Positions 60,162 to 64,000 of a stretch of DNA of 64,000 nt are shown piece by piece. Source of the DNA: Candidatus Latescibacterota bacterium (GTDB lineage: Bacteria > Latescibacterota > UBA2968 > UBA8231); NCBI GenBank assembly GCA_965243025.1, contig CBDETY010000003.1:4512001-4576000 (forward strand), written 5' to 3'. The position numbers and the translations under genes were made by a program. Position 1 is the stretch's first letter. Each line of letters starts with the position of its first letter. A model generated the notes under the pieces. That model worked only from the letters and a program-made list of their open reading frames with translations. It was not told the origin of the DNA and did no database searches.

Positions 60162-61136
60162 TCAGCCGGGGGCGAAGCCGGCCGACTGCAGCACCTGCAG
60201 CTGGAGCTCGAGGTTGCGCAGTCCCAGCTCCCCGGGAACGGTCAGCCGCGAGGCCGGGCCGCGGACCACGTCGCACACGTTCCCGATCAGCAGGGACATG
60301 AAGTCCTCTCCGACGGTCTCGCGTTCGCCCCTCGACAGGACGGACCGGTAGACGCCGGTTTCGTCCGCCCGCCCGGTGCATCCCAGGATGTACCCGTCGA
60401 CCCCGAAGCGGCGAACCGGGGGGCCGTCGACACGGTCGCGAACCGAGATGTCGACCTGGCAGCGGCCCGAAGCGGTGGTGAACTCGAACTCTGCCCTGGC
60501 TTCCAGGTCCCGGAAACTGGTCTGCAGAGTGCCGGGGACCACCTCGCCCCCGGGATGCCAGGCGAGCAGCATGCTGATCGGATGCGGCCCCATGTCGATC
60601 CAGATCTCCCCGGTGTGCCGCTGGCGGCCGCGGGCCACGGTCTCCATCTCGGCGAAGAACCGCGACGCTGCCGGGGGCTTCCCGCGCTCGGCCCGGTAGA
60701 GCTCTTCGTATTGGGGCAGCGCCGCGGCGTACTGGGTGCACACGGCGAACACCCGGTTCGCCGCCCGCGCCCGCCGCAGGAGCTCCCGGGCCCGCGACAG
60801 CAGGGTCTCGCCCGGGGAATCCTCCTCCCACACCAGAGGCTTCTCGCAGAGGACGTGGCAGCCGGCTTCCAGGGCTGCGCAGGCGTGCTCGAAGTGCATT
60901 GCGTTCGGAGTGCAGACATCGACGAGGTCCGGCTTTTCGGAATCGAGCAGGGCGGCCATGCTGGTGTAGCCGCGCCCGGCAAAGGGAAAGATCTCGCCCA
61001 GGGCGGCTTCGGTCCGCGCGCAGCTCTCCCCGGAGCTGCCGAGAAACCCGACGACGTCGCATCCCCAGCGATGGTACCACTTGGCGTGGTGCTTTCCGAT
61101 GCCGGTGGCCCCGGCTACGGCAACCCTGAGAGTCAT
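60162..61136 (-). CDS. Gfo/Idh/MocA oxidoreductase
   Basis: VAVAGATGIG..H, VCTPNAMH, HVLCEKP, DMGPH. Confidence 0.9.
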   Translation of the reverse strand: MTLRVAVAGATGIGKHHAKWYHRWGCDVVGFLGSSGESCARTEAALGEIFPFAGRGYTSMAALLDSEKPDLVDVCTPNAMHFEHACAALEAGCHVLCEKPLVWEEDSPGETLLSRARELLRRARAANRVFAVCTQYAAALPQYEELYRAERGKPPAASRFFAEMETVARGRQRHTGEIWIDMGPHPISMLLAWHPGGEVVPGTLQTSFRDLEARAEFEFTTASGRCQVDISVRDRVDGPPVRRFGVDGYILGCTGRADETGVYRSVLSRGERETVGEDFMSLLIGNVCDVVRGPASRLTVPGELGLRNLELQLQVLQSAGFAPG

Positions 61137-61255
61137 GGCCCCGCCGATGCTGACGAACGGTTCACTGCAAACAGAAAGAGAGCCGACAGTCTGTCTTCTG
61201 TCCGCTCTCTCGATAATGGCCCCGCGGTTTCCCGTGTGCTTCACCGCGGCCTGAA

Positions 61256-61369
61256 CTACTTCCTGGCGCCCGCCCTCGCTTCCTTTATCCGGTTCTTGAT
61301 GCGCTCCTCGCGGCGTTTGCGGCGGCGCCTCAACTCCTTCTCTCTCTCTCTTCCCTTGCTGGACGACAT
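61256..61369 (-). CDS. 37-aa Arg-rich small protein (not in ORF track)
   Basis: MSSSKGREREKELRRRRKRREERIKNRIKEARAGARK*; GGAGG RBS; promoter upstream. Confidence 0.65.
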   Translation of the reverse strand: MSSSKGREREKELRRRRKRREERIKNRIKEARAGARK

Positions 61370-61406
61370 CGGCTTCCCTCCCTGTTCGGCTGCCGGCAGG
61401 GGGCCG

Positions 61407-61434
61407 AATATAACGGCGCTTCCCCGCCGGTCAA
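61407..61434 (-). promoter_or_regulatory. Sigma70-type promoter for the small ORF
   Basis: TTGACC-N16-TATATT on the minus strand. Confidence 0.6.
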
Positions 61435-61447
61435 GCCGCCGCCGGGC

Positions 61448-62374
61448 TCAGTCCGAAAGCACCATGCGCAGCAGGGCCATGCGCACGTAGAGGCCGTTGT
61501 GGGCCTGGCGGAAGTAGGCGGCCCTGGGGTCGGCATCGACCTCGGGGGTGATCTCGTCCACCCGGGGCAGCGGGTGCATGACGATGGCATCCTTCTTCAT
61601 GCACCGGAGTATGGATGTATCGATGACGTACTGTCCGCGCGCCTGCTCGTAGTCCCCGATGCGGTCGCCGAACCGCTCCCGCTGTATCCGGGTCTGGTAG
61701 ATGACATCGACTTCCGCGGCGACCTCGGCGAGGTCCTCCGCCTCCTCGAATGCGACGCCGTGGCGGGCCAGGTAACTCTTGATGTCGTCGGCCATGCGAA
61801 CCACCGGGGGAGCGACGAAGCAGATCCTCGGCGAGTCGAACTTGGCCAGCAGGTAGCACAGAGAGCGCACGGTGCGCCCGTTGGCGAGGTCTCCCACCAT
61901 CGCCACCGAAAGCCCGTCCATCCTGCCGAGCTCGCGGTCGATGGTGTACAGGTCGAGAAGGGCTTGCGTCGGGTGCTGGCCGGCTCCGTCTCCGGCGTTC
62001 AGTATCGGAACCGGCGAGACCTCGGCGGCGCGCCTGCTCGCACCGCTTTCGAAATGGCGCAGCACGATGACGTCGGCGTACCCGGCGACGATCCGGATCG
62101 TGTCCTCGAGGGTCTCCCCCTTCGCGGCCGAGGAGAACTGCTGGGCGGACTCGGTGGTCAGGACCTCCCCGCCCAGGCGCCGCATCGCCGACTCGAACGA
62201 GAGCCGCGTGCGCGTGCTCGGCTCGTAGAACAGGGTGGCCATGACGCGCCGGGTGAGGATGTTCGACCCGTAATGCTGGACGACGTCTTCCATCTCGCGG
62301 GCGACGTTGAAGATCTCGGCCATGAGCTCGCGGTCGAACTGCTGCGCTTCGATTACGTGGTTGAGCCTGGGCAT
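61448..62374 (-). CDS. pyrB: Aspartate carbamoyltransferase catalytic subunit
   Basis: FYEPSTRTRLSF, KGETL, HPTQALLD, MHPLPR. Confidence 0.97.
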   Translation of the reverse strand: MPRLNHVIEAQQFDRELMAEIFNVAREMEDVVQHYGSNILTRRVMATLFYEPSTRTRLSFESAMRRLGGEVLTTESAQQFSSAAKGETLEDTIRIVAGYADVIVLRHFESGASRRAAEVSPVPILNAGDGAGQHPTQALLDLYTIDRELGRMDGLSVAMVGDLANGRTVRSLCYLLAKFDSPRICFVAPPVVRMADDIKSYLARHGVAFEEAEDLAEVAAEVDVIYQTRIQRERFGDRIGDYEQARGQYVIDTSILRCMKKDAIVMHPLPRVDEITPEVDADPRAAYFRQAHNGLYVRMALLRMVLSD

Positions 62375-62404
62375 GCGGGAAGCGGGGGCGTCAGCGGGAG
62401 GGGG

Positions 62405-62860
62405 CTACGACGGCGCCGGCCTCAGCACGGCGAAGATCTCCGCCTGGGCAGCCAGGTCATCCCCGACGAATGCCCTGCCGGCCAGGCGGCAGGAGCCGGG
62501 CCGTTTCTGCAGCACCTCGAGCTCGAGCCTGAGCTGGTCCCCCGGCACCACCGGCCGGCGGAAGCGGACCTTGTCGAGGCCGGCGAGAAAGGGGATGCCC
62601 CGCTCGGGGGCGTCCTGCAGCATCATCACGGTTCCGGCCTGAGCCAGGGACTCGATCACCAGGACCCCGGGCATGACCGGGAAATCGGGGAAGTGCCCCT
62701 GGAAGAACGGCTCTCCCGCGGTGACGTTCTTGATCCCGACGAGGCGGCTGCCCGGCTCGCACTCCAGTACCCGGTCTACCAGCAGAAAGGGATAGCGGTG
62801 CGGAATCAGCTCCCTTATCGCCGCCAGATCGAGGGCGCCGCTGTCTTCCCCCGCCGTCAC
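62405..62860 (-). CDS. fabZ: 3-hydroxyacyl-ACP dehydratase
   Basis: LIPHRYPFLLVD, KNVT..EPFFQGHFP..PVMPGVL..E. Confidence 0.95.
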   Translation of the reverse strand: MTAGEDSGALDLAAIRELIPHRYPFLLVDRVLECEPGSRLVGIKNVTAGEPFFQGHFPDFPVMPGVLVIESLAQAGTVMMLQDAPERGIPFLAGLDKVRFRRPVVPGDQLRLELEVLQKRPGSCRLAGRAFVGDDLAAQAEIFAVLRPAPS

Positions 62861-63405
62861 TCCCTTTCCTTCTCCTTTTCCTCGCGCTGTTCCTCGAGCC
62901 TTTCGAGCAGCTCGTCGGTCAGGTTGTAGCGCTCCGGATCGGCGTAGACGATGGCGCCGCTGGTGGCGGTGTCGAAAACGAAGTCGAAGCCCTCCTCCCT
63001 GGCGACTTCGGCGATTGCGGTGTTGATCATCAGGAAGATCGGCTCACCCAGCTCGAGGTTCTTGCGGAACAACTCGCCGTCGGGACCGAACTTGTCCTGG
63101 GTGAACTGCTGAAGCTCCATCGTGCTCTCGTCGAACTGCGCCTGCATCTCCGCCTTCTTGGCGTCGCTCATCAGCAGCTCCTGCTTGCGGAAGTCCTCCT
63201 GCAGCTTCATCAGCTTGCTCTGCCTGTCCATCGCCTCCTGCTCGAACTGCTGCCTCAGGCGGTCGAGCTGCCGCTGCATGTCCTTGAACTCCGGCACTTT
63301 TTCGCGCAGGACCTCCGAGTCGATGTAACCGATCTTCTGCTCGGCGCCGGCTGCCGAGACGCACAGGACCGCCAGCGCCAGAAATGGGACCGCAACCTTG
63401 TTCAT
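62857..63405 (-). CDS. skp: OmpH/Skp periplasmic chaperone
   Basis: Signal peptide, KIGYID, coiled coil, GFDFVFD, NLTDELL; follows bamA. Confidence 0.9.
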   Translation of the reverse strand: MNKVAVPFLALAVLCVSAAGAEQKIGYIDSEVLREKVPEFKDMQRQLDRLRQQFEQEAMDRQSKLMKLQEDFRKQELLMSDAKKAEMQAQFDESTMELQQFTQDKFGPDGELFRKNLELGEPIFLMINTAIAEVAREEGFDFVFDTATSGAIVYADPERYNLTDELLERLEEQREEKEKERE

Positions 63406-63422
63406 GCTCTCCTCTCGAGCTG

Positions 63423-64000
63423 TTAAAAGAACCTGGGACCGAACTGGAAGTGCGTCTGCAGGCCGGGTCTCTCACCGTCGACGCTGCGGCGGTCGAAACC
63501 GTAGGCGAAGTCGAAGCCGATCATTCCGAGCATCGGCGTCATGACCCGGAACCCGAGACCGACGGAGCGCTTGAGGTCGGTGGGGTCGAGGTCGGTGACC
63601 GCTGACCAGGAGTTGCCGGCATCGGCGAACGCCAGGCCGATGACCTGGCGGTCCGTGATCGGGAAACGGTATTCGAGGTTGAGGATCATCATCGACCGCC
63701 CGCCGGTGTTGATGCCGTTTTTCCTGGGGCCGAGAGAGGCGTCGCGGTAGCCGCGCACCTGGCCGTCCCACATGTCGACGCCGCCCGGGGTGAAGCGGTC
63801 CCAGAAGGACAGGTTTTCGTCGTCCCAGTCGGAGAAGCCGTCGACGACGGCGACCTTCGACTCGAGGGCGATGACGAACTTCCACCAGTGCGGCCGGTAG
63901 TAGTTCCAGGCCACCTCGTGGCGGTGGAAGTCGACGTCGCCGGCGATCCAGGAGGATGCGACCTCCGGGGTGTAGCTGAGGACGCTCCCCGAGGACGGAA
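63423..64000 (-). CDS. bamA: Outer membrane protein assembly factor BamA (C-terminal part)
   Basis: VRGY, NLEYRFP, FADAGN, SVGLGFR..TPMLG.I.FDFAYG, HFQFG; truncated by window. Confidence 0.93.
   Translation of the reverse strand, partial: PSSGSVLSYTPEVASSWIAGDVDFHRHEVAWNYYRPHWWKFVIALESKVAVVDGFSDWDDENLSFWDRFTPGGVDMWDGQVRGYRDASLGPRKNGINTGGRSMMILNLEYRFPITDRQVIGLAFADAGNSWSAVTDLDPTDLKRSVGLGFRVMTPMLGMIGFDFAYGFDRRSVDGERPGLQTHFQFGPRFF

Noticed and set aside
61338-61351. (TC)n microsatellite
   Set aside because: Encodes Arg-Glu-Arg-Glu in the small ORF

Overview
High-GC (roughly 70% by eye) bacterial window with about 60 genes from a diderm organism (bamA, skp, four TonB-dependent receptors). I infer an FCB-related lineage such as Ca. 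Latescibacterota, possibly a sponge symbiont, from the phytanoyl-CoA dioxygenase (PhyH) expansion, a FlgD/CHU_C-like C-terminal domain and a 'SAVQSVSWGRIK' tail; this is inference only. Housekeeping genes: ddl, htpG, proA, rnd, rpsU, pyrB, fabZ, skp, bamA and modABC. Accessory content: many sugar/sugar-acid catabolic enzymes, six Fe(II)/2OG oxygenases, a vapBC pair, an orphaned HigA-like antitoxin with a truncated toxin, and a clear TPP riboswitch upstream of a TonB receptor followed by thiamine diphosphokinase. No rRNA, tRNA, CRISPR array, transposase or integrase was recognised. Best leads: (1) two PhyH-fold enzymes with HxG/HxS in place of HxD (halogenase-type iron sites); (2) a bamA-skp-fabZ-pyrB locus lacking the usual lpxD/lpxA; (3) candidate C-terminal sorting signals; (4) an ATC-initiated atypical aldolase in a split sugar-acid pathway; (5) a 37-aa basic microprotein with its own promoter; (6) an RGG-tailed bS21; (7) a degenerate cobalamin-riboswitch-like leader. 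All family calls come from motif recognition, not database searches.
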